Part shown: one piece after another, positions 63,702-64,000 of the stretch
How the letters are laid out: each line of letters starts with the position of its first letter
Numbering within the stretch: position 1 is the stretch's first letter
Virus record (IMG/VR): IMGVR_UViG_3300032032_000001
Span: 84,365 to 148,364 of that record
Direction: 5' to 3' (one strand)
Source: a virus
DNA: 64,000 bases
Translations under genes and position numbers: made by a program
Notes under the pieces: model-generated
Seen by the model: only the letters and a program-made list of their open reading frames with translations
Database searches by the model: none
What the model was told of the DNA's origin: nothing

Positions 63702-64000
63702 ATGAAGAAGTCTTTTGTATTAACTCTCATCTTGGCATCACTGACAGCAGGTTGTTGCAGCTTGAGCGGATGCAATAGCACTAAAGGCACCAAGGTCGCG
63801 GAACCGCTCATATGCCAATGGACAATTATTACCATGCAGCATGGTGTGTCCGTAGTGCCTGATGGTAATCCTGCGAAAAAGAGTGTAGAAGAGTTACTAG
63901 AGTCCGGAGTTGGATTTCAACGTAAAGTGGACCGGGAGATTAACTGTAGACCATACGGGGACCCCCCAGGAGGCGTAATTACTACACCGCCGGGAGCACC
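63702..64000 (+). CDS. Lipoprotein, truncated by window end (not in ORF track)
   Basis: MKKSFVLTLILASLTAGC lipobox; frame open to 64000. Confidence 0.55.
   Translation, partial: MKKSFVLTLILASLTAGCCSLSGCNSTKGTKVAEPLICQWTIITMQHGVSVVPDGNPAKKSVEELLESGVGFQRKVDREINCRPYGDPPGGVITTPPGA

Noticed and set aside
1-64000. CRISPR array, IS element or intein
   Set aside because: No regularly spaced direct repeats, transposase or intein motifs seen; the repeats in 54900-57032 are protein-level
1-64000. Stop-codon reassignment
   Set aside because: Recognisable genes are full length in the standard code and end with TAA, TAG or TGA; no suppressor tRNA is present

Overview
A 64-kb segment of a large contractile-tailed (myovirus-like) dsDNA phage genome of roughly 45-50% GC by eye. 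A myxobacterial-type Cys/Asp-repeat lipoprotein and tRNAs for A-ending codons suggest a GC-rich Myxococcota-like host (inference). 1-13.8 kb (+) is a head, neck and tail morphogenesis block: major capsid, an enlarged 1450-aa tail sheath, tail tube, holin-like gene and basic putative internal head proteins. 13.8-46.3 kb is mostly on the minus strand: spanin-like pair; DUF1257/radical SAM/DUF2997/RecA-like/Ycf46-type AAA/ParB cluster; an apparently complete ubiquitin-like conjugation operon (Ubl-GG-I, E2, JAB, E1); SLT; four tRNAs; class II RNR; metallophosphoesterase; ART-fold and HNH proteins; many small early genes. 46.4-64 kb holds an HD hydrolase, amidase endolysin, a -1 frameshifted tail chaperone pair, a vWA lipoprotein, a SET protein, a CCA-adding enzyme and a coiled-coil protein. 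Most striking: (1) the phage-borne Ubl/E2/JAB/E1 system near an AAA module, plus a distant degenerate mini-JAB; (2) a tRNA-Ile with two anticodon arms (UAU and GAU); (3) six TGACAA-N8-TTGTCA palindromes in exact mirror spacing (21/73 bp) around a compositionally odd gene next to parB; (4) a recurrent GCAA-N16/17-GGTATAAG promoter; (5) candidate structured ncRNAs. All family assignments come from recognising motifs by eye, not from database searches.
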